Source: Candidatus Bathyarchaeia archaeon
Lineage (GTDB): Archaea > Thermoproteota > Bathyarchaeia > Bathyarchaeales > Bathycorpusculaceae
DNA: 64,000 nt
Direction: 5' to 3'
NCBI GenBank assembly: GCA_038883795.1
Contig: JAVZLK010000005.1
Location: 1 to 64,000, forward strand
Shown here: positions 18,077 to 28,402 of the stretch, piece after piece
How the letters are laid out: each line of letters starts with the position of its first letter
Position numbering within the stretch: the stretch's first letter is position 1
Program-made: the position numbers and the translations under genes
The notes under the pieces: generated by a model
The model's input: only the letters and a program-made list of their open reading frames with translations
Databases searched by the model: none
Told to the model about the DNA's origin: nothing

Positions 18077-18092
18077 TTATAAAACATATCGC
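18077..18092 (-). promoter_or_regulatory. Probable internal promoter upstream of hsp20
   Basis: Minus strand gcgatatg-ttttataa in the 71-bp gap after rpl30, followed by a GAGGAGAAGGAG SD-like run. Confidence 0.5.
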
Positions 18093-18107
18093 AAAAAGTT
18101 TAAAAGC

Positions 18108-18596
18108 CTATATCATCCGCCCTATTAATTCGTTAATTTTTTCTCCTCTATATCCTAATTCGCCGCCAACCCCATAACTCTTCTTAATTTTTCCTTTAAA
18201 CCCCTTTGTTGGCGGATGCAACCTAAAGTTTGGCTGCACGTTTGGCAGTTTCCAATACTCAATTTTGCAATTAAAAACCGCTTCCGCAAGCTCCTCAAGT
18301 GATTTAAAGCCAACTTTTTGTGCGTATTCGTCTGTTAACTTCTTATTTCCAGCAAGTCTTCCCCTTTCTTTTATGAGCTTGTTAATGGTTTCTTTTGCGG
18401 CTTCGCCCCAAGTAACAAAGTTTTGCGCTGTCTTAAGCATTCCGAGGAAGGATGGGCGATCATCAATTAGCACCGCATAATTATTTCTTTTTAGGTTGAG
18501 CATTTGCAACGTTTCTCTCACGTGGCGAGGGGCGCTTATTGTTCCACGAACCCTCACAACCGCTAAGCACTTGCGTTGTTGCTTTTCTTCGTTCAC
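18108..18596 (-). CDS. rpl30: 50S ribosomal protein L30 (uL30)
   Basis: AVVRVRG, VTWGE, FRLHPP..GF, GELGYRG. Confidence 0.96.
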   Translation of the reverse strand: MNEEKQQRKCLAVVRVRGTISAPRHVRETLQMLNLKRNNYAVLIDDRPSFLGMLKTAQNFVTWGEAAKETINKLIKERGRLAGNKKLTDEYAQKVGFKSLEELAEAVFNCKIEYWKLPNVQPNFRLHPPTKGFKGKIKKSYGVGGELGYRGEKINELIGRMI

Positions 18597-19241
18597 TTAT
18601 CTCACCCAATCCATTGGTGTTATGAGGCTGTAGGTTTTCTTCAAAGCATCAAAAATGGCGTACGAGAAGGATGGAATTGTCCTTGTTGAACCATAACTTC
18701 TCGTCCAACAATCCTTTATTCCGGCAAGACCCAAAATCACCTTGGCGGTTTCGCTTGCCACGAGTCCTAAGCCTCTGGGTCCGGGAACAATTACTATCCT
18801 TACGCCTCCAGTTTTTCCCTCAACTTGGAAGGGCACTGAATGAGGTTTTCCGCAACCGCATTCCCAGCTTCCGCATCCCCGCCTCACAGGAACGAGGTTT
18901 AGGCGGGCGTTTGCGGCTGCCTTCTCTATGGCTGTTCGCACTTGGCTTGCTTTTCCAGAGCCTAATCCTAAGTAGCCGTCTCTGTTTCCAACAGCCACTA
19001 TAGCCTTAAACCTTGACTTTTCTCCTGCGTCTGTTTGTTTTTGAACTAGGTTTATGTTTATAACCTCTTCTTGAATATCCGGAAGTAAAGCATCCACAAT
19101 TTGGGGCTCACGAATTTGTAATCCACCCATAAAAATTTCTTCAATGGATGTTACTCTGCCTTCTTGAATCATTTTTCCAAGGCGGGTCCTCGGAACCCAA
19201 TGTTCCAAACTTTCTGATGAGGATGTTTCTCTTGTTGTCAT
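18597..19241 (-). CDS. rps5: 30S ribosomal protein S5
   Basis: [33 protein letters not shown]. Confidence 0.97.
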   Translation of the reverse strand: MTTRETSSSESLEHWVPRTRLGKMIQEGRVTSIEEIFMGGLQIREPQIVDALLPDIQEEVININLVQKQTDAGEKSRFKAIVAVGNRDGYLGLGSGKASQVRTAIEKAAANARLNLVPVRRGCGSWECGCGKPHSVPFQVEGKTGGVRIVIVPGPRGLGLVASETAKVILGLAGIKDCWTRSYGSTRTIPSFSYAIFDALKKTYSLITPMDWVR

Positions 19242-19846
19242 TTCTTTTTACCTCCTTTCTTGAATGCGGAAACAATTTCGGCTTTGACTTTCGCAAAGTG
19301 TTCGCTGATATTTTCTGGAGGGAATTTTTGTTTCAAATATTGCGAAAATCTAATTTGATACTGTTCAGGGTTTGAGGCTAAACTTTCCGCGTATTGTGCA
19401 ATATGTTCACCCTTTATTCTTTTCTCATCTGGCAGTTTTTCCTCGCCATAAGGCACATTTATTCCAGCATCCAAAACTCCCTTTAAAACGGCGAAAACCC
19501 TTGCTCCTTTGGAAGGCGCGTGTAATCCGATGTCTAAAATCGCTTCTTTTATTCCCTTTGCTTTGGCTCTTAATCCGCAAAGAAGTCCGGTCAAATAGGC
19601 TGCTGGGAGATTTTTCCTTGAAGCTTTCCACCCATAGGTTTTGGTTAGTTCTCTGCTGTGGGCTGAAACTAAAACTTCGTCTCCATGGGGTTTTGCCGTT
19701 ATTATTTGGGCTATTACGTTTTTTAGCGTGATGCGGGTTACTAAGCGAGGCTTTCCAGAAAGCACTAAAGCCTTTCTTGATTTGTAATTTGTTTTCCCCT
19801 CCCTTCTTCTCCGAAATGGGACGCAATAGCGTGAATTTTTAGCCAT
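19238..19846 (-). CDS. rpl18: 50S ribosomal protein L18
   Basis: [26 protein letters not shown]. Confidence 0.97.
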   Translation of the reverse strand: MAKNSRYCVPFRRRREGKTNYKSRKALVLSGKPRLVTRITLKNVIAQIITAKPHGDEVLVSAHSRELTKTYGWKASRKNLPAAYLTGLLCGLRAKAKGIKEAILDIGLHAPSKGARVFAVLKGVLDAGINVPYGEEKLPDEKRIKGEHIAQYAESLASNPEQYQIRFSQYLKQKFPPENISEHFAKVKAEIVSAFKKGGKKK

Positions 19847-20301
19847 TAACGTTTCCTCCAGAGCTCATGGGCTTTAAGATAACGCTCTAAATCAGCAACA
19901 GAACCGAATCTTCCGCTGCTTGCCATCTTGTATAATTTTCGGTACGTGCTTTCCGTGATGGTTTTGTTGGCTTTTAATTCGCGAAGCCTCTTTCTTAAAG
20001 CCCTAATCCTACTCATCCAAGCCTCTTTCTTAGAAATTTTTGCATGGGCTGCACCGCTTCTGCTGCCAACCCCACGCCTTCTACCCTTCCTTTTCTTTTC
20101 ATGTAAAATTCTTGCTCTTGCATGGCTTATGCCCTTTATAGGAAGAGGCTTTATTACGCCTTCGTGAATTAATTTTCTGATTTCTTCTCGTGTTATTGCT
20201 GTCTCGGCATCTTCTATTCTATTTGGGTCTATCCATACACGATTTTGTCCAACCTTCAATATTCTGGCTGCTATACGCCGCTGACTTTTTAGGCTCGTCA
20301 T
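19846..20301 (-). CDS. rpl19e: 50S ribosomal protein L19e
   Basis: [29 protein letters not shown]. Confidence 0.97.
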   Translation of the reverse strand: MTSLKSQRRIAARILKVGQNRVWIDPNRIEDAETAITREEIRKLIHEGVIKPLPIKGISHARARILHEKKRKGRRRGVGSRSGAAHAKISKKEAWMSRIRALRKRLRELKANKTITESTYRKLYKMASSGRFGSVADLERYLKAHELWRKR

Positions 20302-20831
20302 TGCTTTTCCTCGCTCCCCTCTTCTTTAGGTTTCTTTTTTCTCCCTCGCTTTCGTTTCGGCTTCTCTTTCTCTACAATTTCTTCCTCTTTTTCAGGTTTC
20401 TCCTCTTCCTTTTCCTTTTCTTCAACAGTTTCCTTAATTTCTTTAACATTCAGAACAGTTATCTTTCTCTTTCTAGATTCGGTGAGGATTTTGATTCTTT
20501 CCCTTTTACCAACGGTGTGTGCAATCCGAACTGCTTGGGTTTTTGGGTCAATTTTCTTGATTTCTTCAGCATTATGCACTAAAACTTCTTGGTAACCCGA
20601 TGGATGAAGCCCTCTGGCAACCTTTGGTCCTCTATATCCCACGTTTACTGTGGGCGGCCAACCCTTTATTTTTCTTCGCATCTTATTGTCTATGCCTTTC
20701 GGTCTGCGCCAATTTTCTTTCAAGCGTTTGTATCGCCAACTTTCCTGTCTGACAAATTTTGGCTTTCTCTTCTTCACTTGAGCTCTTATTTTTAATGCCT
20801 TTTCTGTGGCTGTCGGTGACGTTTCTGTCAT
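20298..20831 (-). CDS. rpl32e: 50S ribosomal protein L32e with charged C-terminal extension
   Basis: PKFVRQ, WRRPKGIDNKMR, RGLHPSG. Confidence 0.97.
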   Translation of the reverse strand: MTETSPTATEKALKIRAQVKKRKPKFVRQESWRYKRLKENWRRPKGIDNKMRRKIKGWPPTVNVGYRGPKVARGLHPSGYQEVLVHNAEEIKKIDPKTQAVRIAHTVGKRERIKILTESRKRKITVLNVKEIKETVEEKEKEEEKPEKEEEIVEKEKPKRKRGRKKKPKEEGSEEKQ

Positions 20832-21376
20832 GTTTCCATTCCCTCAATTTTTTCATATACGTATATGCCATCAAGAAAGACGCGTGGGTCTTTTCTTTTC
20901 ACTTTGGTGGCTTGTTCAATGTTTGCTGCTGTTTGGCTTACATCTTCCAAGTTTATTCCTTGAACGATTATGTCTTCGCTTTGGACTTTAACTTGCACAT
21001 CACCTATTATTTTCGCTTTTCTTGGGTTGCGTTCGCCAGTGAAGTTTTCAATTAAAACAGTCTTATCCTTAATTTTAACCGATATTGGAAAATGGGAGAA
21101 AACTATCTTAAGCTTGCATGTAAAACCCTTCCTAACCCCAGTAATCATGTTTTGGATATGCGAGTAAATTGTGCCTACAAGGGCTGCCTCCCTTTTCCTC
21201 GGCCACTCAGCCCAAATGCGAAGGGTTTTGCCATCCAACTGCATGGATACGGGAGCGGAGGAAAAGTCACGGGTTAATGTTCCCTTGACACCTTTAACTG
21301 TTACTTTCCTTCCTTGTAGAGTTACTTCTACGTCTTCTGGGATTTGAATGGTTCTGGAGATTTCTATGGCTCGCAT
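20828..21376 (-). CDS. rpl6: 50S ribosomal protein L6
   Basis: HFPI, QTAANIEQ, DPRVFLDGIY. Confidence 0.97.
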   Translation of the reverse strand: MRAIEISRTIQIPEDVEVTLQGRKVTVKGVKGTLTRDFSSAPVSMQLDGKTLRIWAEWPRKREAALVGTIYSHIQNMITGVRKGFTCKLKIVFSHFPISVKIKDKTVLIENFTGERNPRKAKIIGDVQVKVQSEDIIVQGINLEDVSQTAANIEQATKVKRKDPRVFLDGIYVYEKIEGMET

Positions 21377-21391
21377 CTTTAAGGCACCCGT

Positions 21392-21775
21392 TTAGTAGAC
21401 GAATGCTGTTAGTCTACCTCCCAAACGTTTTTCTTTTGCCTCCCTATGGGATAACACTCCCTTTGGTGTTGAAATTATTAGAATGCCAACATCTCTTGAG
21501 GGAAGGAATTTTTTCTCCCACTCTTCAAATTCATCCACCTTAACTGCGAAGCGGGGTTTAATGGCTCCACACTTGTTTATTCTTCCCAAAAGCTGAACCT
21601 TGAATTTTCCAGAACGCCCATCATCAACAAATTCAAATTCTCCAATGTAACCGTTCAACTGCATAATTCTTAAAACCCTTCCTAAAAGTTTAGAGGCAGG
21701 ACTAATTACACATTCGCGTTTGTTACGCAGCTCGTTATTCATGATCGTTATTAAACCATTTGCCAACGTGTCCAT
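21392..21775 (-). CDS. rps8: 30S ribosomal protein S8
   Basis: [24 protein letters not shown]. Confidence 0.97.
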   Translation of the reverse strand: MDTLANGLITIMNNELRNKRECVISPASKLLGRVLRIMQLNGYIGEFEFVDDGRSGKFKVQLLGRINKCGAIKPRFAVKVDEFEEWEKKFLPSRDVGILIISTPKGVLSHREAKEKRLGGRLTAFVY

Positions 21776-21787
21776 TTGCTTTCCCCA

Positions 21788-21952
21788 TTACTCATACTTT
21801 TTGAAGCCGAGTTTTTTGGCTACTTCCCTAAAACAATGGCGACATAAATATAAATTATAGCGTCGAATCACCGGCCCATAGGAACCGCATCGGCTGCATG
21901 GTCTCGCTCCCTTTCCATATTTTCTTTCCTTTTTAGGCTTTTGTTTACCCAT
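21788..21952 (-). CDS. rps14: 30S ribosomal protein S14 (54 aa, not in the ORF track)
   Basis: Manual translation [54 protein letters not shown]; lies between L5 and S8. Confidence 0.96.
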   Translation of the reverse strand: MGKQKPKKERKYGKGARPCSRCGSYGPVIRRYNLYLCRHCFREVAKKLGFKKYE

Positions 21953-21967
21953 ATCTCTCCCCCTCGC

Positions 21968-22507
21968 CTATACTATTTCAACTCCTAAGCTGTCTTTAAC
22001 AAAAACCATGGCTTCTTCAGGCGTTAGAATATGTTTTGCGCCAATCTGTGCTTTTCTCTTTCGGCGATTTTTCACGCGATATCCTGGGCGGCTGAGCGAA
22101 ACGCAGACGTCCATGCCGAAGATGCCTATTTCTGGGTCGTATTTTACGCCTGAAATTTCGATGTGCTCTTTTATTCCGAAGGAGAAGTTGCCATGTTTGT
22201 CGAAACGTTCTTTTGAGATTTTGTTGTCTATTACTGGCAAGACTTTCTTTAAGAACTCTATTGCCCTTTGTTTTCTGAGAGTTACGATGCAAGATATGGG
22301 TTCGCCCTTTCTTATTCCAAAATCTCTTATGGTTTTCTTTGCTTTTCTCTTGCATGGATTTTGTCCTGTTAACTGTTTTAATACTTTTGAGGCTTTTTCC
22401 AAGGGTTCTCCAGATTTTCCAACGCTAATGTTTACAACAACCTTTTCGATTTTAGGTTTAAGCGTTGGATTTTCTTCCCAAATTTTGCGAATTTCATCTT
22501 CAGACAA
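21968..22507 (-). CDS. rpl5: 50S ribosomal protein L5
   Basis: KVVVNISVG, FGIRKGEPI, GNFSFGIKEH. Confidence 0.97.
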   Translation of the reverse strand: MSEDEIRKIWEENPTLKPKIEKVVVNISVGKSGEPLEKASKVLKQLTGQNPCKRKAKKTIRDFGIRKGEPISCIVTLRKQRAIEFLKKVLPVIDNKISKERFDKHGNFSFGIKEHIEISGVKYDPEIGIFGMDVCVSLSRPGYRVKNRRKRKAQIGAKHILTPEEAMVFVKDSLGVEIV

Positions 22508-23266
22508 TTAAGCCGCCTCCGGAAGCGATATTAGGGGTTGTTTTTCGCCTATTGCAAAAACGAAGTTTAAAATTGTTTGGTAACGATTGCCCTTCTCGTC
22601 CTCTATAACGGCAAGGGTGTTTCGCCGCTTTTTCCCCTTTGCACTCTCAATTTCGACTATTCTACCATATTTTCCAATGTTTTTTCCACCAATTATTATG
22701 GCGAAATCGTTTTCCTTCAATTTTATATGTTCAAGAATCTGCCTTTCTGGAAGACTTATCTTCAATGTGTCAAGGGTTTCGTAAACATCTTCTTGCGGGT
22801 TCTTTGGGTCTGCAACTTTCACTAAAATATTTGAGCCGTCATGAAGATTAAGTTGCACATGTCCATTTTTTATTGTCGTCTTGTTTTCTATTCTGCAAAG
22901 CTTAAAGCTTGTCTCGTCCTTGTTTATGGGATGGAGAATTAGGCCCTTCTTGGATGGTAATAAGCGAAAGTGTTTATCCACATCCAATATGGAGATAACA
23001 TCCATCAAACCTGTTGGAAAATCATCCTCACGCCTAACATTCCCGTCTACATGAATTTTTCCTTGAGAAACTATGGTTTTAGCTTCTTTCCTTGTTTTGG
23101 CGAAACCCAAAATATCCCGCAAAATTATGGCTAGCGGCAAACAGCTTTCAAGAGAATGCGGTCCCGGCGATGGTTTAACTACCCAAACGAATTCTTTTCT
23201 GTGGATTGGCCAAAATCTGGGCGCTGGTTTACGCTTCAGCCCTGTTGATTCTCCTTTTTTGCCCAA
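22508..23266 (-). CDS. rps4e: 30S ribosomal protein S4e
   Basis: LKR..AP..W, PGPH, GLMDVI, QLNLHDG. Confidence 0.97.
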   Translation of the reverse strand: MGKKGESTGLKRKPAPRFWPIHRKEFVWVVKPSPGPHSLESCLPLAIILRDILGFAKTRKEAKTIVSQGKIHVDGNVRREDDFPTGLMDVISILDVDKHFRLLPSKKGLILHPINKDETSFKLCRIENKTTIKNGHVQLNLHDGSNILVKVADPKNPQEDVYETLDTLKISLPERQILEHIKLKENDFAIIIGGKNIGKYGRIVEIESAKGKKRRNTLAVIEDEKGNRYQTILNFVFAIGEKQPLISLPEAA

Positions 23267-23268
23267 AA

Positions 23269-23877
23269 CTATTTTCCTCCCTCAGTTTTCTCTACTGCTT
23301 TTTTGCGTTTGGCTCTCCTTTTCCTTGCTTTTGGTTTCTCTTCTTCCTTGGATTTTTCAGCTTTTTTGGCTGGTTTTCTTGGCGCTTTTCGCCTTCTCCT
23401 TTTCGGTTTTTCTTCCTCCACAACTTTTTCTTCGATAACCTCTTCTTTGACTTCTTCAATTTTTTCTGGAACCTTTTTCTCTGCAGTCTCTTCTATTTTC
23501 TTTCTCGCCTCTTTTTTTCTTTCCAAAATTTTCTTTCGCCATTTATCATCTAGATTTAAGCGGGTAATCATAACTTTCGATGGATGAATTGGAACGAAGG
23601 TTGTGGTTCCATCAACCTTTTCCCTTGTTAAGCCTTCAACATAAATCCTATACTTTTCTCGGTCAACCTTGGCGATTTTACCTTCAAAGCCCTTGTGGTC
23701 TCCACGCATGATTCGCACAGTGTCGCCGCTCCTTACTGGAATGGTTTTAACTCCATGGGATTTCCTAAGCTCTGGCGAAAGTGGAGCGGCAAAGAGCTTA
23801 TAGCGTATGTGGTCTGGAGCTTGAAAAACCATTTTTCGCTGTTTTGTTGGTTTTGTTACAGCCTTTACCGTTTGCAT
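23269..23877 (-). CDS. rpl24: 50S ribosomal protein L24 with long charged C-terminal tail
   Basis: KPTKQRK, GDTVRIMRGD, PIHPSKVMI. Confidence 0.96.
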   Translation of the reverse strand: MQTVKAVTKPTKQRKMVFQAPDHIRYKLFAAPLSPELRKSHGVKTIPVRSGDTVRIMRGDHKGFEGKIAKVDREKYRIYVEGLTREKVDGTTTFVPIHPSKVMITRLNLDDKWRKKILERKKEARKKIEETAEKKVPEKIEEVKEEVIEEKVVEEEKPKRRRRKAPRKPAKKAEKSKEEEKPKARKRRAKRKKAVEKTEGGK

Positions 23878-23887
23878 GTTTTCTCAC

Positions 23888-24328
23888 CTATATTATTATG
23901 CTGGCGGCGCTTGCTATTCTCGGCCATCTTTCAGCAGCCTCCTTTGCTACCGGGCCACGGATTTCTGAACCCTTCATTTCTCCATCTGGAGTTATTATTA
24001 CTGCCGCATTATCTTCAAATTGAACCCAAACGCCGTCGGCTCTTCTGAAAGGTTTCCTTTGCCTCACAACCACGGCTTGGAAAATTTTCTTTCTCATGTC
24101 TGGAGTTCCATGCCTAACAGAAACCACAACTCTGTCGCCAACGGCTGCGGCTGGATAACGGCGTAACCTCCCTTTATATCCCATAACTTGGACCAACCTC
24201 AATTCTCTGGCGCCCGTATTATCAGCGCACCTTAATATTGAGCCAACTGGAAGTTCCCTTGAAATTTTCGGTCCAAATCCAATCATTCCCTTGGCAACTA
24301 ACGCCCTCTGTTTCGCCTTTGCCGCCAT
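23888..24328 (-). CDS. rpl14: 50S ribosomal protein L14
   Basis: [27 protein letters not shown]; start set to ATG at 24328. Confidence 0.96.
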   Translation of the reverse strand: MAAKAKQRALVAKGMIGFGPKISRELPVGSILRCADNTGARELRLVQVMGYKGRLRRYPAAAVGDRVVVSVRHGTPDMRKKIFQAVVVRQRKPFRRADGVWVQFEDNAAVIITPDGEMKGSEIRGPVAKEAAERWPRIASAASIII

Positions 24329-24329
24329 T

Positions 24330-24653
24330 TCATTTCTCCTCCATCTTCTCCACGACAACGAAGGATACGGTTTTGCTTATGGGGCGACATTCAGCGATTA
24401 TTACGCGGTCTCCCTCCTTTGCGTCTATGCATGGTGGGTTGTGGGATGGAATGCGGCTGTGTCTCCTTTCGTATCGCATAAACTTTGGAACGTAATGGAG
24501 ATAATCCCTTTTAACAATGACGGTTTTATCCATTTTTGCACTAACAACATAACCGTCTAATATGCGGCCTCTTATTGGGAGGTCCCCATGAAAGGGACAA
24601 TTTCTGTCATTGCATGTTTTCTTAGGCTTTTTAAAAGTGAGGGACATCACCAT
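24330..24653 (-). CDS. rps17: 30S ribosomal protein S17
   Basis: [23 protein letters not shown]. Confidence 0.97.
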   Translation of the reverse strand: MVMSLTFKKPKKTCNDRNCPFHGDLPIRGRILDGYVVSAKMDKTVIVKRDYLHYVPKFMRYERRHSRIPSHNPPCIDAKEGDRVIIAECRPISKTVSFVVVEKMEEK

Positions 24654-24928
24654 AACCTCTTAACCCGTTTTTTGAGGCGGTCTTCGGGTTTTCCCAAAAG
24701 AAGTTTGCCATCAATTTCAACAACGGTTCCATCAGAAAACTTAAAATGGAAAATGGCTGAATCTTTTATAATCTTCTTCCTTTCACCTTTGTGTAAAATT
24801 GTGAAAGTGTTTCGGGTTTCATCTATAACCTTGCCCGCCAACCCCACGTAACCAGAATGTGTACTTTTAGCGACTTTGGCTTCTGTTCCAATGAATTCGC
24901 CGCGGATGATGTCTGGTGTTACTTTCAT
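24647..24928 (-). CDS. rnp1: Ribonuclease P protein component 1 (Rpp29/Pop4)
   Basis: EFIG, GKVIDETRNT, IDG..L...PEDR. Confidence 0.93.
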   Translation of the reverse strand: MKVTPDIIRGEFIGTEAKVAKSTHSGYVGLAGKVIDETRNTFTILHKGERKKIIKDSAIFHFKFSDGTVVEIDGKLLLGKPEDRLKKRVKRLW

Positions 24929-25161
24929 TTCTTTTTCTTCTCCTTCTTGACTTTTTCAGTGGCGATTTTCTGTTCTTTTTCTATGGTTAGTATTCTGGCA
25001 ATAGTTTTACGGAGTTCCTTAATTCTGGCTGGATTTTCAACACTGCCGCCTGCCTTGATCATGGTTTTTAGCCTTAAAAGTTCTGTTTTGAGTTCTGTGA
25101 GTTTTTTCATTCGCTCTTCTGAGGACATGTCGCGGATTTCTTTGAGACGCATTATTGGCAT
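24925..25161 (-). CDS. rpl29: 50S ribosomal protein L29
   Basis: EIRDMS, NPARIKELRKTIARILT. Confidence 0.96.
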   Translation of the reverse strand: MPIMRLKEIRDMSSEERMKKLTELKTELLRLKTMIKAGGSVENPARIKELRKTIARILTIEKEQKIATEKVKKEKKKK

Positions 25162-25830
25162 TTACTCGCTTTCCTCCGTTTCCTCTTCTCTTTTCTCTTC
25201 AGCCAAAGCTTCTTCTGGTTCTTCTGGTGGTGGGGCTTCGGCTATTTGGATTTTGTCTGGAAAAACTGCGTCTGGAGGCATTATTCTAACTCTTACGCCG
25301 AAAATTCCTGGTTTCAGTTGAACGTGAACTTCAGCTTTGCGCATATATTTTAATGCTGGGTCTCCACATTTTGGCATGTATCCAGCCCTAAACTTTTCGA
25401 ATCTAGCCCTTTCTGTTCGAAGTTTGCCACTTATGATTATTTCTGCGCCTAAGGCTCCAGCTTCCATAACTTGGTTTAAAGCCCAAAATCCAGCCCGCCT
25501 AAAATGCACGCCCCTTTCAAGGGCTGAGGCAACACGGGAGGCAACAACATAAGCGTTCAGTTCTGGAATTTCAATTTCTGAAACAGAAATTTGCGGGTTT
25601 GAAACCTTAAATTTCTCTTCCAAAATGCTTGCAAGCTCTTTTATGGTTTCTCCGCCGCGTCCTATGACCAGTCCAGGACGCATGGCGTAAATTACTATGT
25701 GGGTTCCCAAGGGAGTTTTGGATATGGATACTCCGCCGTAGCCTGCTTTTTCAAGTTTTTTCTGCAGAAATTCGTCGATTTGTGTTTTCTTTTTTGACTC
25801 TGTTATGAAGTGTTGGACGGATGCCATCAT
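25162..25830 (-). CDS. rps3: 30S ribosomal protein S3
   Basis: TPLGT, RPGLVIGRGG (KH domain), ISGKL..ERA. Confidence 0.97.
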   Translation of the reverse strand: MMASVQHFITESKKKTQIDEFLQKKLEKAGYGGVSISKTPLGTHIVIYAMRPGLVIGRGGETIKELASILEEKFKVSNPQISVSEIEIPELNAYVVASRVASALERGVHFRRAGFWALNQVMEAGALGAEIIISGKLRTERARFEKFRAGYMPKCGDPALKYMRKAEVHVQLKPGIFGVRVRIMPPDAVFPDKIQIAEAPPPEEPEEALAEEKREEETEESE

Positions 25831-26309
25831 GTTTCCCCTGTTTCTGGTTGTTCTTCAAGGGCAAGTTCTATGTGGCAGAGGGTTTCAAAATCTGGTGTGG
25901 CTCTTCCATGAGCCCTTGGCATGTAACGTTTGATTTTCATTCCTGGATAGGCTGCTGCGTGGATTATGCGCATTCTGTCCGTGTCTAAGCCCTTATATTC
26001 GGCGGTGGCTTCTGCACCCTCTAAAATTTTAAGAATATGTTTTGCTGCTTTCACTGGGTATCTGCCCGCAAAAGCCTTTTCCAAGCCATGGCGGTGTCCA
26101 GCCTTCTTCTTAAACCTTCTGAAGGGAACAGCTCTTTTTTTGGCTATGACATCCCTTAAATATTGTTTTGCTTGGGTAAGGTTCATTCCCTTAATTGTTC
26201 GGCATACTTCCCGTGCCGATTTATGGGATACCCTAACCTCTCGTCCGCTTGCCTTCACGGTTTTTTCCGGGTCTAATTCTTCTGTTATGGAGTATCCCCA
26301 TTTTGGCAC
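25827..26309 (-). CDS. rpl22: 50S ribosomal protein L22
   Basis: VPFRRF, GRYPVKAA, PRAHGRA; start set to GTG at 26309. Confidence 0.95.
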   Translation of the reverse strand: MPKWGYSITEELDPEKTVKASGREVRVSHKSAREVCRTIKGMNLTQAKQYLRDVIAKKRAVPFRRFKKKAGHRHGLEKAFAGRYPVKAAKHILKILEGAEATAEYKGLDTDRMRIIHAAAYPGMKIKRYMPRAHGRATPDFETLCHIELALEEQPETGET

Positions 26310-26352
26310 TTCGTATTCGCTCCAACTGTGCAATTGAACAGCGTTATAGCGA

Positions 26353-26367
26353 TTTATATGTTTTCCG
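26353..26367 (-). promoter_or_regulatory. Probable BRE/TATA promoter of the ribosomal superoperon
   Basis: Minus strand cggaaaa-catataaa about 45 bp upstream of the L22 start. Confidence 0.55.
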
Positions 26368-26558
26368 TTAGCTAAAGCAGTTTTCAGGCTAGTTTAAACT
26401 TTAAAAGCACTAATAAACCCATGCCTTACAACCGTGTTTTACAGAAAAATTAGAGGGTAGGGTCCCTATTGGTTTGTTTTAACGCCAAAAAATGTTGCGA
26501 TTTGTTTATGTTTAACCATTCACGCTAATATTCAGAGCCAAAGTAAAGGTGAAAATGA

Positions 26559-27626
26559 TTGGAGGCTAATAAGGGTAATATAACTATGTTGCATGGTGCT
26601 GGCGGAACCGTCATGCACGAACTGGTTAGGAATTATATTGTTAAGTATTTTGGCGGTTTTGGCAACGCTGAAGTTCCCCTCGAAGCTTTAGATGATGCAG
26701 CAGTTGTAGGCGATGTAGTATTAAAAAGCGATTCCCACGCCGTCAAACCCATCTTCTTCCCAGGCGGAGACATTGGACGCTTAGCAGTTTCAGGCACAGT
26801 CAACGACATCGCAGTTTTAGGCGCCGAACCATACGCTTTAACTTGCGGCTTCGTTTTAGAAGAAGGCTTAGCCATATCCGATTTTGAAAAAATCTTGGCT
26901 AGCATGCAAAAAGCATGCCAAGAAGCAGGCGTAAGCATTGTAACTGGCGACACTAAAGTTGTTGAGAAAGGAAGCCTAGGCGGCTGCATAATAAACACTT
27001 CTGGAATTGGCAGAAGAACCCCCGCTTTAGAAGAAAATCTTAGGATTGTTAAACAGTTTAGAAGGGATTTTAGCGCAAGGTGGATTTTGGATTCAAACCT
27101 TAAGCCAAGCGATAAAATCATATTGTCTGGGACAATTGGCGATCATGGCTTAGCCGTCTTATCAGCCCAAGAAGGACTAAGCTTCGGAAGTAGCATAAAA
27201 TCTGACGTCAAACCCCTAAACCGCTTAATTCAGCGCTTATTGGGCGAAGTTGGCGGCATAGTCGCCATGAAAGACCCAACAAGAGGCGGCTTAGCCGACG
27301 CCCTAAACGAGTTCAGCGAAAAATCCAATATTGGCATACTAATTCACGAAGAAAAAATTCCAATAAAAGAAAATGTGCAGGCAGCATGCGAAATGTTAGG
27401 TTTAGACCCGCTGGAGGTTGGAAACGAAGGAAAAATAATCATCGGCGTAGTTAAAGAAAAGGCTGAAGAAATTCTGGAACTGTTAAGAACGACAGAGGAA
27501 GGGAAAGAAGCAGAAATCATAGGCGAAACAACCAAAGATTTCAAAGGCGTCGCCATGCAAACAGTTGTCGGCGGAAAAAGAATAATAGCCAGACCCATAG
27601 GAGACCCAGTCCCAAGAATATGCTAA
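26559..27626 (+). CDS. hypE: Hydrogenase maturation protein HypE
   Basis: HGAGG, FFPGGDIG, GDTKVV, DPTRGG, C-terminal PRIC. Confidence 0.96.
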   Translation: MEANKGNITMLHGAGGTVMHELVRNYIVKYFGGFGNAEVPLEALDDAAVVGDVVLKSDSHAVKPIFFPGGDIGRLAVSGTVNDIAVLGAEPYALTCGFVLEEGLAISDFEKILASMQKACQEAGVSIVTGDTKVVEKGSLGGCIINTSGIGRRTPALEENLRIVKQFRRDFSARWILDSNLKPSDKIILSGTIGDHGLAVLSAQEGLSFGSSIKSDVKPLNRLIQRLLGEVGGIVAMKDPTRGGLADALNEFSEKSNIGILIHEEKIPIKENVQAACEMLGLDPLEVGNEGKIIIGVVKEKAEEILELLRTTEEGKEAEIIGETTKDFKGVAMQTVVGGKRIIARPIGDPVPRIC

Positions 27627-27728
27627 ACTATCATGAAATCATGCCTACGGTCTTTAACCAAATTTTAAAAACTAAAAACGCATAGTTTTGTTGCTGCATC
27701 AGCGAGAGAAATAAAGGAAAATGAAGAT

Positions 27729-28319
27729 TTATGGTGGAGGCGGTGGGGGTTGGTAAGGTGATGGGGGCATGGCAGAGGGTGGCTTGATTGAGAAGAACGC
27801 AACAGCGGCGAGTATCCAAGCTATTAGCATTATTAATGCGCCGATGAAAATTATGGTTAAAATAGCACCTATAAGCAGCAGTAACCCTGCAGTATCAAAC
27901 ATTTTCTCCCCAGACTTTAGAGCAAGCAGGTTGAATGATTTCTTGTAAAATATGGCTTCTATGATAACGAATATTACAAAAATTACCCAAATCACAATCA
28001 CTGCCCCAATAAGACCCCAAATGTTTGTAAAGTCAGGCACTCCTCCCATCCCCATAGACAAGCCCATTCCAAGGAAAGCCATAACAGCCATGGCTATAAC
28101 AGCGATAGTTCCAATAATGCCGAAGATGAAACCATAAAGTGCGTTGTCAAATATGCCTCTTTCACCGTAAACTTCTGATAATCCTTTCATTGCTATTAAC
28201 ACAAGTATTATGCCAATGAGACTTAATATGCCAACAAAGCCAGAAAAAGCACCTAATGAACCGATGGCTACTAGTATCGCTCCTATACCGCCTAATGTTC
28301 TGTTTGATTCTAAACTCAT
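27729..28319 (-). CDS. DUF996-like membrane protein with poly-Pro tail
   Basis: LGGIGAIL start, AGLLLLIGAILTII.IG...IAWIL..VAFF pattern. Confidence 0.75.
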   Translation of the reverse strand: MSLESNRTLGGIGAILVAIGSLGAFSGFVGILSLIGIILVLIAMKGLSEVYGERGIFDNALYGFIFGIIGTIAVIAMAVMAFLGMGLSMGMGGVPDFTNIWGLIGAVIVIWVIFVIFVIIEAIFYKKSFNLLALKSGEKMFDTAGLLLLIGAILTIIFIGALIMLIAWILAAVAFFSIKPPSAMPPSPYQPPPPPP

Positions 28320-28402
28320 TTATATAGAACCTCGCTGAGTGGTTTGTGTCTTCTAAATAAAAGCTTTTCTACGAATTCCAATCTAATAGCGCGGTTTTCG
28401 CT

